From: Dehalococcoidia bacterium UBA2158
GTDB lineage: Bacteria > Chloroflexota > Dehalococcoidia > Lucifugimonadales > UBA3495
DNA: 64,000 nt
Reading direction: 5' to 3'
Assembly (NCBI GenBank): GCA_002328185.1
Contig: DCWQ01000021.1
Location: 31,452-95,451, forward strand
Position 1 is the first letter of the stretch; the number at the start of each line of letters is the position of its first letter. Below, piece by piece: positions 48,451-58,360 of the stretch. The translations under genes and the position numbers were made by a program. Below the pieces are notes generated by a model that was given only the letters and a program-made list of their open reading frames with translations, did not search any database and had not been told where the DNA came from.

Positions 48451-49401
48451 ATGGTTCAAGCAGAGATCAAGACCACATTCCAAGCCGGTCCCGTGACGCT
48501 CACGACCAGGCATGAACTATGGGACGGCAATATCCAAGACCACGCGGACCAAGGCGTTTCGATCGTGATCGAAGGCGAAGTTAATGGCAAGAAGACTATT
48601 CTTCTTCGGTTCAACTGCTTCGACATCGAAAAGAGCTATATCTACGGTCCGGAGAATCCCGACCTGAAGATCGATGGACCCATGATGCTTGCCGGCCGCA
48701 CGGAAAACACGTCCGGTATGGGAAAGCTCTACCGGATGGACCCGACCGCCGACGGCAACGCCATCGGTTGGACCATCAAGACCTTGAAGGCGAAGCTTCC
48801 GGACATGCTGAATAGAGCTGGATACCCTGAGATCGCTGATAGCATTGACCTCGAAGAATTGGCCGACATCCTTCCTGAGTTGGAAGCGTCCGCCAGAGAA
48901 CTCTTTGTTTCCAAGCGGAACACGGTCAAGCATAACCGTGGCACTGACATATTCGAAGCAGGGAACATCCGCTTCGGGCTTGAGATGCGGCGGCTACCCG
49001 TTGGCGACGGCGGCTTGGCGATCCACGTATTGACCGACATCGGTGGCGCCACCGACCGGACGTTCGTGGAAGAGACCGAGATCATGGCCTTCGACCTTTT
49101 CTGGGACGGCCCCCACTACCACTATGGTCCCAGAAACAAGAACCACCGGATCTATTGGGACCGCACCCTGGTCACCGATTATTTCGGTTGGGTGATGGAC
49201 AAGATCGAGAGCAAGAAATTGGGCGCGATGATTGAGCGGGCAGGTTACCCCGGTATCGCAGCTGATCTTGATCAAGACATGATCGACGCCGTTCTTCCGG
49301 CCCTGGCCGAGAAGGCGCGTGAGATGCTGGCCTTGGGCGAGTCTCTGACAGGCCACCCTGGCTTGCCGGTGGACCCGACACCCAACATGGTGCCCAACTA
49401 A
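48451..49401 (+). CDS. Hypothetical protein made of two tandem homologous domains
   Basis: Halves share AG-x-(V/I), F(N/D)xF, YxYGP, W, RAGYPxIAxxxD. Confidence 0.8.
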   Translation: MVQAEIKTTFQAGPVTLTTRHELWDGNIQDHADQGVSIVIEGEVNGKKTILLRFNCFDIEKSYIYGPENPDLKIDGPMMLAGRTENTSGMGKLYRMDPTADGNAIGWTIKTLKAKLPDMLNRAGYPEIADSIDLEELADILPELEASARELFVSKRNTVKHNRGTDIFEAGNIRFGLEMRRLPVGDGGLAIHVLTDIGGATDRTFVEETEIMAFDLFWDGPHYHYGPRNKNHRIYWDRTLVTDYFGWVMDKIESKKLGAMIERAGYPGIAADLDQDMIDAVLPALAEKAREMLALGESLTGHPGLPVDPTPNMVPN

Positions 49402-49431
49402 GCTAACTACTTAGTAACCTAGGCAACTAAG

Positions 49432-49462
49432 AAGAGCCCCGATCCATCGGGGCTCTTTTCTA
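49432..49462 (+). terminator. Rho-independent terminator
   Basis: aagagccccgat-cc-atcggggctctt followed by T-rich tail. Confidence 0.8.
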
Positions 49463-49484
49463 TTTCAAGCAGCTAGCGATGGAT

Positions 49485-49935
49485 TTATCTGCCGTCTTCT
49501 TCTGATTTTGACTTTATCGTTCTCACCACCTGGAACTGGTTCATGGCCCGGATTGGTTGAATCACCGGCTGACCAGGTAGGCGAGCAACGTCCATCACTG
49601 GCCGGAGGGCTCGCTGCTGCGGGCAAGCCGGCTCCTCGTGCCGTTGGGTTCCAGGTCTAGGAGATATGGTAGGCCGACTCCTCACTCTTCAATGCGGACA
49701 CACTGCTGACGAAGCTTCCTCTGAAATCCTTCGTTTTGTAGACCTCCAGCTGCTGGTAGGAGAGACGGGGGGTAGGGTGCGAATCCAGTAATTTCCAGCC
49801 GGAATGTCACAGGTAGGTCCCGGTACATTCCTTGGCCGACCCATACCAGTCTGTGTGCCGGCTGACGTCCGCCAAGCAGGCGAACCCCGGCTCGGATGGG
49901 GCGTCGATCATCTGCGATTTGCTTATTCGGAACAT
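49485..49935 (-). pseudogene. Heavily decayed SRPBCC/polyketide-cyclase family gene
   Basis: MFRISKSQMIDAPSEPGFACLADVSRHTDW, later fragments RLEITGF, PRLSY, LEPNGTRSRL in shifting frames with stops. Confidence 0.45.
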
Positions 49936-49969
49936 ATTGGATCAGTCCCTTAACCATGGCCGGATGCCG

Positions 49970-50131
49970 TCAAGCGACGTAGATGATCACCACGATGATG
50001 ACCACCGGGATTCCAATGACCACCAACAGGCAGCCGAGCTTGGTGATGCAGCTCATAATAGTGAATGGCAGCTTCATCAGCTTCATCATCAAGCTTATCG
50101 GCAAGAAGAGTAGCCCTAGTAGTTTGAACAT
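49970..50131 (-). CDS. 53-aa membrane protein (below ORF-track cutoff)
   Basis: MFKLLGLLFLPISLMMKLMKLPFTIMSCITKLGCLLVVIGIPVVIIVVIIYVA; starts 4 nt after ThuA stop. Confidence 0.6.
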   Translation of the reverse strand: MFKLLGLLFLPISLMMKLMKLPFTIMSCITKLGCLLVVIGIPVVIIVVIIYVA

Positions 50132-50135
50132 TAAC

Positions 50136-50828
50136 CTAGGCCGTAGCCCACTGGACGCCGTTCAAGACAATCTTCTGGAACTCGGGAGACTGGAAGCTCT
50201 TGCCGTCGTGGCCCAGCAGCAGGCTGAATACCTTGCCCTGGCCATAGCTGCGGGTCCAGGCAAGGGGGAATGTGCCGGACGGCATGTGGGTTTCGGTCCG
50301 GTTCGGGCCCCAGGGCCAGGTGCCTTCGACCGACGTGGCTTCGAGGAATACGTCGTTCCCGCTTTTATATTCGATGCCCATGTACAGCTCGTCTTCGGTG
50401 CTGAAGTTAGAGATTCCAGCGACGCCTGCGTGACTGGCTTGGGTGACCTTTACATCTACGTTGCCGTAGGGCGGGTGGAAGCTGGTGCCGGTGACCCAGC
50501 CGCCTCCGGTGATCTCGGCGAACTCGGACCAGTAATCGGCGCCGCAGCCGGAGATGTGCAGGCAGATAAACCCCTTGCCCGAGTTTACATAATTGATGAT
50601 TCCGTTCTGTTGGTCTCCGGACAGTTTCATCTCCGCGAAATCGGCGGCGTTCTCCCGCCGGGTGTTGAACACCAAGGCGTCGTAGGCGGCCATTCTGGCC
50701 CCGTCGGCCAGCACCGAGGCGTCCTCGGTGGCGGTGACGTCATGGCCCGCCGCCTTTAGGAAATTCTCAAGAATGGGTGTGGATTCTTCGTAGGGGTGCC
50801 TACCCCCAGTGATTACAAGCAGCTTCAC
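50136..50828 (-). CDS. ThuA (GATase-like) domain protein
   Basis: ITGGRH, GKGFICLH, DELY, YGQGKVFSLLLGHD. Confidence 0.88.
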   Translation of the reverse strand: MKLLVITGGRHPYEESTPILENFLKAAGHDVTATEDASVLADGARMAAYDALVFNTRRENAADFAEMKLSGDQQNGIINYVNSGKGFICLHISGCGADYWSEFAEITGGGWVTGTSFHPPYGNVDVKVTQASHAGVAGISNFSTEDELYMGIEYKSGNDVFLEATSVEGTWPWGPNRTETHMPSGTFPLAWTRSYGQGKVFSLLLGHDGKSFQSPEFQKIVLNGVQWATA

Positions 50829-51029
50829 TTCAGTAGCCTCCAGATGTTTGTGGTGATTAATAGAGAGCCCGAGGCGGTATTATACGTCAACGGGTAGGGT
50901 TTGGGGTTGAGGTGGATGGGAGTCGGGTCAGCTGTTGGATATCAGAACCGTAGAGCCGCTCGATGTCATGTGGAATAATTGCCCCACAACAATCTGGTCA
51001 CCCCGAACCTGACAAGTGGAGGAGCCCTT

Positions 51030-51701
51030 ATGCCTTGGATCAAGGTAATCAGAGAGCAGGACGCAGAAGGCGAGCTCAAGGAAGTTTACGAAAAACTTGG
51101 TGAACAGAGGGCAGGTGAGCGCATCAACCAAGACCGCAACAACGCCGCCAATGGACCTCCGATAACGCCGCCTACATTGCACAGCCTGAATCCCAAAGCT
51201 ATGTGGAACACGGCCGAGCTTATGTGGGAGATCATGCGCGGCGAGTCCGGGTTGACTACGGCGCAGCGGGAGATGATTGCCACCGTAACGTCTGCTACCC
51301 TCAATTGCCGGTTTTGAACCGTTGCCCATGCAGAGTATCTGCGTCAAGAAGGAGGGGACGACTTGGAGGTGGAACGCGTAAAGTCCGACTGGCGGCAGAT
51401 GGACATCACCGAGGCAGAGCGGGTGATGCTTGAATGGGTAGAAAAGCTGACGATCGCTCCGTCAACATGCGCCGAAGCGGACATCGAGGGTATGCGAGCA
51501 GTCGGATGGACCGATAGGGATGTCTTGGATATCGCCCAGGTGTGTGCCTACTTCAACATGCGGGTTAGGATCGTCGACGGCCTGGGTTTGGAACTGGATG
51601 AATGGCAGACCACACGGGCCAAAGCAGGAGCGGAGAATGCAGCCAAATTAGCCGACGAGCGGAGGGTGGAGATGCCGTCTGATCCGTGGGGTGTGCGCTA
51701 G
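51030..51701 (+). CDS. AhpD/CMD-like peroxidase-related protein, probable selenoprotein (Sec96, CxxU)
   Basis: GGAGGAG RBS; QREMIATVTSATLNCRF-TGA-TVAH continues in frame into ORF 51363-51701 (..AYFNMRVRIVDGLG). Confidence 0.8.
51318..51362 (+). promoter_or_regulatory. Candidate bacterial SECIS element
   Basis: ATGCAGA-GTA-TCTGCGT hairpin 51328-51344, loop G is the 18th nt after the TGA; possible lower stem GTTGCCC/GGGACGAC. Confidence 0.55.
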
Positions 51702-51767
51702 TAGCTGTATTAAACCTGCGTTGTAACATCATCAGAACCTGAGTAACTATATTTTGGAGCTTTTCTT

Positions 51768-52193
51768 ATCCGCGATGTCGTTTCTTGGGTGGCCGAATTC
51801 TCGATCAAGACGGGTCAATTGGACAGCTTCAAGGCGCTGGTAGAGGAAATGGTGAAGTCCACCCGCAACGAACCTAATACGTTGGCTTATGAATGGTTTT
51901 TTGACGAGGACAATAACACCTGTCACGCATATGAACGCTAAGCTGGCTCAGCCGCCACCATGACCCATCTCGGAACCTTTGGCGAGAAGTTCGTCGAACG
52001 ATTGCTGAGTGCCGTCGATGTATCGCGATTTATGGCTTACGGTGCCCCCCATGATGACGTGAAGGGCGCGCTCGGTGGCTTTGGGTCCATCTTCTTGGGG
52101 CAGATAAACGGCTTCGCTCAGCAAGGTCATACAGCGGGCAGAAGTATCTGGGCGAGACCGACGTCGATCCGATTCCGCATGCTGGCCTTCTGA
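51768..52193 (+). pseudogene. ABM (antibiotic biosynthesis monooxygenase) family pseudogene
   Basis: VSWVAEFSIKTGQLDSFKAL..NEPNTLAYEW..CHAYER*AGSAATMTHLGTFG; TAA 51939-51941; no intact start after the GGAG RBS. Confidence 0.75.
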
Positions 52194-52196
52194 CCG

Positions 52197-52643
52197 ATGA
52201 GATTTGCTCTAATCACCATCCTTGGCTTGATAGTCGCTTGTTCTAACACCGTCGAGGGAACCCTGCTCCGATGTGACAACTGCGAAGAAGTCCGGGTGAG
52301 CCGCGTGATCGACGGCGACACCCTGGATACGCCCTCTGTTCGGTTGCGCCTATTTGGGGTCGATACACCCGAGATTGGTGAACCCTGCGCCGCGGAAGCC
52401 ACTAGCCGGATGAATGAACTCGCCGGCAATTCGGTCCGGTTGGAAGATGGGCCTCGGCTGACCGATCAGTTTGGCCGGCGGCTGGCTTACGTCTACACTA
52501 AGGACGGCCACAGTATAGATGAGATACTGGTTCGGGATGGAGTCGGAAGTGCCTGGACCGAGGACGGACAGCACCGCGATTTTCTAATGGGCCTCGAAAA
52601 CAGCACCAGGATGATGGACGATGGGTGCCTCTGGTCGAAATAA
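52197..52643 (+). CDS. Thermonuclease (SNase) family lipoprotein
   Basis: LIVAC, VIDGDT, RLFGVDTPE, DQFGRRLAY. Confidence 0.9.
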   Translation: MRFALITILGLIVACSNTVEGTLLRCDNCEEVRVSRVIDGDTLDTPSVRLRLFGVDTPEIGEPCAAEATSRMNELAGNSVRLEDGPRLTDQFGRRLAYVYTKDGHSIDEILVRDGVGSAWTEDGQHRDFLMGLENSTRMMDDGCLWSK

Positions 52644-52681
52644 GAAGAACTTTCTCAGGCCTGAATCAGGTGGGAGTAACG

Positions 52682-53452
52682 ATGGCTGATGATAACGGAG
52701 AACAATCAGGGGTTGTGGTGGTCAAACTGGAAGGCCGGGGGCCGTTGAACCTGCTGGGCCGCGAGGTATTTCTGGCGTTGAAGGCTGAGTTGGACCGATT
52801 GGACCAGGACCGGAGCGTTAGGGCTATGATCTTGACCGGGTCCGGAGACCGGGCTTTCTCTGCTGGGGTCGACCTGCACCAGATGAAGGACCTGGATCCG
52901 GCGGACGCCGAATGGTTTATCACCGCGCTACACGACCCGGCCAGGAAGCTGCTCACCATGGCCATCCCGGCCATCGCCGCCATCCGGGGCCCGTGTCTGG
53001 GAGGGGCGCTGGAGCTGATACTGGCCTGCGATATTCGCATCGCCGCTGAGGACGCCATATTGGGCTTGCCGGAGGTCCAAGTGGGAATACCGTCGGTGAT
53101 CGAGGCATCGCTACTGCCGCCGACCATCGGCCTGGGCCGGGCCCGCCACCTGCTGCTTACCGGCGAGACGGTCGATGCTTCGGAGGCTTTGGCCATCGGC
53201 CTGGTGGATCGGGTCGTCCCGGCGGATCAATTGATGAAAGTGGCCCACGACACGGCCAACACCTTCGTGGGTATGAGCCGGGACGTTTTGGCTTCTCAGA
53301 AGGACATCGTGGCCAAGTGGCTGGAGTTGGGGGAAGAAGAATCTGCCAAGTTCACCATCAAGGAGTTCTCCCGCATCTTCACCACCGGAGCCCCCCACGA
53401 AGGTATGTCAGCCTTCTTGGAGAAGCGGGCGCCGGACTTCGGAGAAGCGTAG
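52682..53452 (+). CDS. Enoyl-CoA hydratase/isomerase family
   Basis: FSAGVDL, GGALEL, LPEVQVG. Confidence 0.92.
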   Translation: MADDNGEQSGVVVVKLEGRGPLNLLGREVFLALKAELDRLDQDRSVRAMILTGSGDRAFSAGVDLHQMKDLDPADAEWFITALHDPARKLLTMAIPAIAAIRGPCLGGALELILACDIRIAAEDAILGLPEVQVGIPSVIEASLLPPTIGLGRARHLLLTGETVDASEALAIGLVDRVVPADQLMKVAHDTANTFVGMSRDVLASQKDIVAKWLELGEEESAKFTIKEFSRIFTTGAPHEGMSAFLEKRAPDFGEA

Positions 53453-53457
53453 GTGGT

Positions 53458-53892
53458 CTACCAGCCGATCACTGGATCCCTTTCTTGAAGCACCTCGCCG
53501 AATAGGGTCAGCACCTGCTGGACCCGCAGCACGACTACGGCGGCCTCGAGTTTGGGGTCGGTGATCAGGCCCGCGTCGGAGAGACGTTTGATGGCGTCTT
53601 CGTAGATTGGGCCCTGCCGGTGGACGTAAGGAGTACAGCGGAACTTCCAGCCCGTTTCCTTTTGGGCGTGCCTGAACAGCAGGATAGCCTTGAGATTCTC
53701 CTCGATGTGTTCCAGAGGAAGGCGGCCGCTGCGGTCCCGGTAGACGAAAGAGCTTTCGTCCAAGGCCAACACCGTACCCATGTACCCGCAATTAGGCGTG
53801 CCATCAGTCGATGCGGTGGCGACGACGCAGGGGTTGCTGCTGTCCCGGGCGTTATTCACCAGCTCGATCATCTCCTCAGTCAGCTTTATCAA
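53458..53892 (-). CDS. Pyridoxamine 5'-phosphate oxidase-like FMN/F420-binding protein
   Basis: VVATASTDGTPN, HIEEN split-barrel pattern. Confidence 0.75.
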   Translation of the reverse strand: MIKLTEEMIELVNNARDSSNPCVVATASTDGTPNCGYMGTVLALDESSFVYRDRSGRLPLEHIEENLKAILLFRHAQKETGWKFRCTPYVHRQGPIYEDAIKRLSDAGLITDPKLEAAVVVLRVQQVLTLFGEVLQERDPVIGW

Positions 53893-53910
53893 GAAATTTC
53901 TCCCTCAGTG

Positions 53911-54387
53911 TCAGATTGGAAACCAGCCGTGACTGCCCGCCACCGCTCCGGCGATGGTCACCAAGCTTAAAGTCAGCAGGACCATATGAAACCCATGCAC
54001 GAAAACAAATGTCTTCTCTGGGTTCGTCCGGGCATGCTTTTTGAATAAACGGTTGAGGAACAGGGGCTCCGCTACCCATAGCACGAACATGAACAAGGCC
54101 CAAACGATGGTCATCGCGTGGATTCACCAGAACCGGGGCTCCGAATACCGATTCCAAGCGTCGATTGAATCCAGCATGTAAAAGCCTGATCCACCGGCGA
54201 TGAGAATCACGAACTTGGCTTGCCAGGCAAACCGCTTTTCGAACCTTTCAAACACCTCCATAGCGTTTGCATCTGATGGAGTTGTTCGAATTATGGGTAT
54301 TAGCACGGTGGTGACCATCGCCACACCGCCGATCCAGAGCACGACGGCCAACACGTGAATCACCCTGGCCAAAGCGAACTCGTTCAA
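53911..54387 (-). pseudogene. Membrane protein (CopD/DUF2269-like) split by one in-frame TGA
   Basis: HVLAVVLWIGG...RFW*IHAMTIVW; TGA 54124-54126 at a probable Trp position. Confidence 0.7.
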
Positions 54388-54417
54388 GATTCACCTCAAT
54401 GGGTTTAGCTTGCTTGG

Positions 54418-55308
54418 CTAGGCCGGGTATTGCTCTTTCCACCAGCGGGCGATCTCGTCTCGCCGGGCGAACCAAACGCCCTCTTTCTCGGAGGCGTGTT
54501 TCAGGAATTGGTCCAGCGCGTAAGCCCTGGAAGGCTTGCCGATGACCCGGCAGTGCAGGCCCACCGACATCATCTTGGGGTGGGTGGCGCCTTCTTCGTA
54601 GAGCACGTCGAAACAATTCTTGGCAGTCTCATAGAAAACATTGGGCGAGATCAGGCCGCCACTCCAGAATTTAAAGTCGTTGACCTCCAGAGAATAGGGC
54701 ACCACCAGCCAGGGCTTGCCTTTGACCTGGGTGTAGTAAGGCAGGTCGTCGTTGTAGGCGTTGCAGTCGTACTCGAAGCCGCCTTCTTCGATCACCAACT
54801 CGCGGGTGTTCACGCTGGGACCGTAGCGGCAATACCAGCCGATGGGTCGCTGCCCGGTGGTCTTGGTCATGGACTCCACGGCTTGGCGGATGGCCTCCCG
54901 CTCGGAGTCCTTATCCATCTTGTAGTACTCTTCCCACCGGTTGCCGTGGCCCATGACCTCGTGGCCCCGGCGCACGATCTCAGGACCAACCTCCGGGTTG
55001 CGCTCCAGGGCCAGCGCGCAGGCGAAGAAGGTGCCGTTGATCTTGTGCTTGTCCAGGATGTTCATGATCCGCCAAACGCCCACCCGGCTGCCGTACTCGT
55101 AGAAAGACTCATTGGCCAGGTCGCGCTCCCCCGGGCCCACGGGCGAGGGGGATTCGCCTCCGGACTCACCCTTGGGATCGCCGTCCAGGATTGAGTACTC
55201 GGAGCCCTCTTCGTAGTTGACCACCACCGAGATGGCGAGCCTGGCGCCGTTTGGCCATTTGATCTCCGGAGGATTGGCGCCGTAGCCGATCAGGTCTCTC
55301 GTGCTCAT
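54418..55308 (-). CDS. PuuE-like allantoinase / polysaccharide deacetylase
   Basis: WPNGARLA, NYEEG, YEYGSRVG, DDLPY, MSVGLH. Confidence 0.85.
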   Translation of the reverse strand: MSTRDLIGYGANPPEIKWPNGARLAISVVVNYEEGSEYSILDGDPKGESGGESPSPVGPGERDLANESFYEYGSRVGVWRIMNILDKHKINGTFFACALALERNPEVGPEIVRRGHEVMGHGNRWEEYYKMDKDSEREAIRQAVESMTKTTGQRPIGWYCRYGPSVNTRELVIEEGGFEYDCNAYNDDLPYYTQVKGKPWLVVPYSLEVNDFKFWSGGLISPNVFYETAKNCFDVLYEEGATHPKMMSVGLHCRVIGKPSRAYALDQFLKHASEKEGVWFARRDEIARWWKEQYPA

Positions 55309-55345
55309 GCTTTTTTCCTTGTTGATTCGAATATTTCGAGAGTGG

Positions 55346-56089
55346 TTATGGCCCCAGTTTCCAGTGGTACAACACCACCGCCACGGAGGTGGCCAGGTTT
55401 AGGCTGGAAACGCCGTTTTCCATGGGGATGGACACCCGGTGGTCCGCTGCGCCTAACAATTCCTGGCTGAGTCCCTGGCGTTCGGTGCCAAAGGCCAACA
55501 ACGCCCGGTCTGGCAGATGGAAGTCCGACAGAGACTCGCCGCCCAGGTCGACGGCGACCAGCGGCCGGCCGCCCTTCGGCAGGTCTTCCGAGCGGGCGAC
55601 AGGAAGGGCGAATTGCAGGCCGACTCCGCTGGTTAGAGCAGCCGGTTTCCAGGGATCCAGGTTCCCCGTGTTGACCACTCCGGCAGCCCCGGCGGCTGCG
55701 GCAGCGCGGACGGCGGCGCCGATGTTGAACAGGTTTCGCGGGTTCTCCAGTAGCACCACTGGGGCGAGGGCCGGGTCGTCCAAAAGGCCGGCAAGGTTGA
55801 CAACCGGACGCCTGGCGATGGCCATCACGCCGGTGGGCGGCTTCGCGGGGCCCAGTCTTCCGAACACATCGTCGGAGACAGCGGCGACCTGGTCCGCGAT
55901 CTTGCTTCCGATGTCTGGCGCGTACTCAGCCTGCAACGCCGCCAACTCTTGCAGGTCGGGACTGACGACCTCCAGCAGCTCAACGCCGAAGCGGATGGCG
56001 TGTTTCAAAGGGTGGAACCCCTCGATCACCACCAGAGATGGGTTGTTCCGCGCGTTGTGAAAGCGGTCTTCGATGGGCTTCTGCTTCAT
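55346..56089 (-). CDS. TrmH/SpoU family RNA methyltransferase
   Basis: LENPRNLFNIGAAVR, FGTERQG, IPM..SSLNLATS. Confidence 0.9.
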   Translation of the reverse strand: MKQKPIEDRFHNARNNPSLVVIEGFHPLKHAIRFGVELLEVVSPDLQELAALQAEYAPDIGSKIADQVAAVSDDVFGRLGPAKPPTGVMAIARRPVVNLAGLLDDPALAPVVLLENPRNLFNIGAAVRAAAAAGAAGVVNTGNLDPWKPAALTSGVGLQFALPVARSEDLPKGGRPLVAVDLGGESLSDFHLPDRALLAFGTERQGLSQELLGAADHRVSIPMENGVSSLNLATSVAVVLYHWKLGP

Positions 56090-56197
56090 GTTTCCTGCGT
56101 CGTGATTAGACTGCGGCCATTATGGCAGATTGGAAGGACGCGGGCCAAAGGAAAAAGTTGATGGGGGACCACACGCCAATAAGCAAAGAGAGACTGG

Positions 56198-56605
56198 ATG
56201 GATTTGAAAGTCGGCCAGAAAGCCACCTGCAGCAACACCCTGACCTTTGACAACGTCAAGACCTACGCCGAAACAACGGGCGACTACAACCCGCTGCATT
56301 TCGATGAGAATTTCGCTGCCAAGACCAAGTTCGAAGACCTGGTGGTGAAGGGCGGCCTGGCCTCGGAAATACTCAATGCATTGGTGGCCATGGACATGCC
56401 GGGCTCAGGCACGGTCTTTATGAGCCAGGATCTAAAGTTCATAGCTCCAATGTTCATCGGAGACACCACCTCAGCCTCGGCTGAGGTGGTGGAGGTCCAC
56501 GCCACCAAGCCGGTCACCAAGCTCAAGATGGCCATCACCCGCCAGATGGAGGAGACAGTGGTTGAGGGGGAGGCCTGGTGCTATACGTTCACGCCGGAAG
56601 AGTGA
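56198..56605 (+). CDS. MaoC-family dehydratase
   Basis: TGDYNPLHFD, PGSGTVF, APMFIGD. Confidence 0.88.
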   Translation: MDLKVGQKATCSNTLTFDNVKTYAETTGDYNPLHFDENFAAKTKFEDLVVKGGLASEILNALVAMDMPGSGTVFMSQDLKFIAPMFIGDTTSASAEVVEVHATKPVTKLKMAITRQMEETVVEGEAWCYTFTPEE

Positions 56606-56609
56606 TTGC

Positions 56610-57115
56610 CTAGAAGGTGCAGCAGGCGGGTAGGGGGCGTTGGGTCTCTAGCTCTGCCGCGAAGCCAGAGGGAAGCTCTGCGGATGAGAATCCATCCACG
56701 ACCGTCCCACGTATGACCGAACCGCCGTAGCCGTCGACGCTCATGTGGGCGCGGATGATTACTGTATCGCCGGGTTGAACTTTTGGGCCCCTAACCAGCG
56801 GGAGAATGGCTATTCCTGCACATGGGCGTGGAGCAGGACACGGCGGGTTAACAACTCCCGATCCCCAGAGATCGCCTTCCACCAATCGGCGTAAGGGCTG
56901 CACCCAAGGTCGGGACTGCCAACGTTCACTGACAGCGAATAACCTCCCGGCACACCAGAGATCGACACGTTAATCACATCGGCCTGACCTGCGGGATTCG
57001 GTTCGGATGTGAGCGCTGGGCCATCAAGAAGGTCGGGAGTAGTTTCTCCGCCGCAAGCAACTATCGCCAACGTCACGACTCCAGCGATCAAAGTGCGAAT
57101 GCTGGTTCGTTCCAT
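56610..57115 (-). pseudogene. Lipoprotein pseudogene (nonsense + frameshift)
   Basis: IVAC lipobox; SPDLGCSPYADWW..RVLLHAHVQE*PFSR (TAG 56810-56812), then frameshift into GPKVQPGDTVIIRAHM. Confidence 0.7.
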
Positions 57116-57209
57116 GAGTCAAACATAACCCGGCAGTGCGCTGGTGTGGGCGAAGCAGTACAATATTCCGAATATCGGTTTAACAAAAACGGTGGGCAGG
57201 AGTGACGAT

Positions 57210-58226
57210 ATGCGCGGAGTGACCTTCCGAGGGAATAGGCAGGCCGAGATTCGGGAGTTTCCAGATCCCCACGCCGGACCGGGCGAGGCCGTGCTTAAGG
57301 TTCGGGCATCGGGTCTCTGCGGGACCGACCTCCACCGATACCGTGGTTCGGAGCCAACGGACATGATCACCGGTCATGAGCCATGTGGCGTCATTGAAGA
57401 GTTGTCCCCCGGCGCCCCTCAGGGCATTAATGTAGGCGACCGGGTCATCTGTCACCATTACGCTGGATGCGGAGTCTGCGAGAATTGCTCCATGGGCTAT
57501 GAGCAGCTTTGTGTTCACGGGCGGGTCACCTTTGGCGGAGGCACGGGTCACGGGGCCAACGCCGACTATATCTTGGTGCCTTCACGGAGCCTGGTCCTCC
57601 TTGACGATGAGTTGTCTTTCGAAGAGGGCGCGGCCATCTCTTGTGGCACCGGCACCGCCTGGAACGGACTCAAGAAGATGCAGGTCTCCGGCCGGGACAC
57701 CGTGGTGGTATTCGGCCAGGGCCCGGTGGGAGCCAGCGGGACGTTGTCGGCCAAGGCAATGGGCGCGAAAGTAATCGCAGTGGACGTAGTACCGGAGCGA
57801 CTTGCATTGGCCATGGAACTGGGCGCGGACCATGTGATCAACCCGGCGGAGGTCGATGCGGTGGAGGCCATACGAGAACTTACAAATGGCCTGGGGGCAA
57901 CTGCCACATTGGAGACCTCAGGCAACCCCGCGGCGAGACAGCAGGTGCTGGAGTGTTTGCGCCCCTTCGGACGGTGCTGCTACGTGGGCATCGGCGGGCC
58001 GGCAGAGATCGACTTCAACCGGGACGTAATCTTCAAGGTCGCAACAATCTTCGGATCATGGACGTTCAGCAAAGCTGAGTTGATCGAGATCGAGCGGTTC
58101 TTCGTGGACACCAAAGCCCCGCTGAACAAGCTGATCACCCACCGCTATACCCTTGATCAGGCGGTGGAGGCATTCAAAGAGTTCGACGGCGCGACAACAG
58201 GGAAATGCGTCATTATCATGGATTAA
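57210..58226 (+). CDS. Zinc-dependent (MDR) dehydrogenase
   Basis: GLCGTD, GHE, CGVCENC..C, GQGPVG. Confidence 0.92.
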   Translation: MRGVTFRGNRQAEIREFPDPHAGPGEAVLKVRASGLCGTDLHRYRGSEPTDMITGHEPCGVIEELSPGAPQGINVGDRVICHHYAGCGVCENCSMGYEQLCVHGRVTFGGGTGHGANADYILVPSRSLVLLDDELSFEEGAAISCGTGTAWNGLKKMQVSGRDTVVVFGQGPVGASGTLSAKAMGAKVIAVDVVPERLALAMELGADHVINPAEVDAVEAIRELTNGLGATATLETSGNPAARQQVLECLRPFGRCCYVGIGGPAEIDFNRDVIFKVATIFGSWTFSKAELIEIERFFVDTKAPLNKLITHRYTLDQAVEAFKEFDGATTGKCVIIMD

Positions 58227-58360
58227 AACAAGAAGAATTACCCAGGCGAAAAACGCGTCTGATCATCAGCCCCTCGGGAGTTAGACCGATACCGGCCGCC
58301 TTGACATTGGATTGGTCAAGAAGTCAGCGATTTGACCCGTCACACGAGGGTAATACATAC

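Noticed and set aside
49983-50759. 258-aa plus-strand ORF and other long antisense ORFs (e.g. 29515-30444, 39258-40316, 23963-24841)
   Set aside because: Shadow frames of clearly identified opposite-strand genes in GC-rich DNA
50892-50927. G-quadruplex-like run in the divergent ThuA/AhpD intergenic region
   Set aside because: Needs an 11-nt loop and is expected by chance at this GC content; no supporting evidence
51939-51941. In-frame TAA in ABM gene as programmed readthrough
   Set aside because: The start codon also appears lost; simple decay explains it
54124-54126. In-frame TGA in membrane protein as a second selenocysteine or as genetic-code reassignment
   Set aside because: Context FW*IHAM suggests Trp (TGG>TGA) with no Cys motif; many genes in the window end normally in TGA, so a nonsense mutation is more likely
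56810-56812. In-frame TAG as pyrrolysine/readthrough
   Set aside because: A frameshift follows within a few codons, so it is a pseudogene
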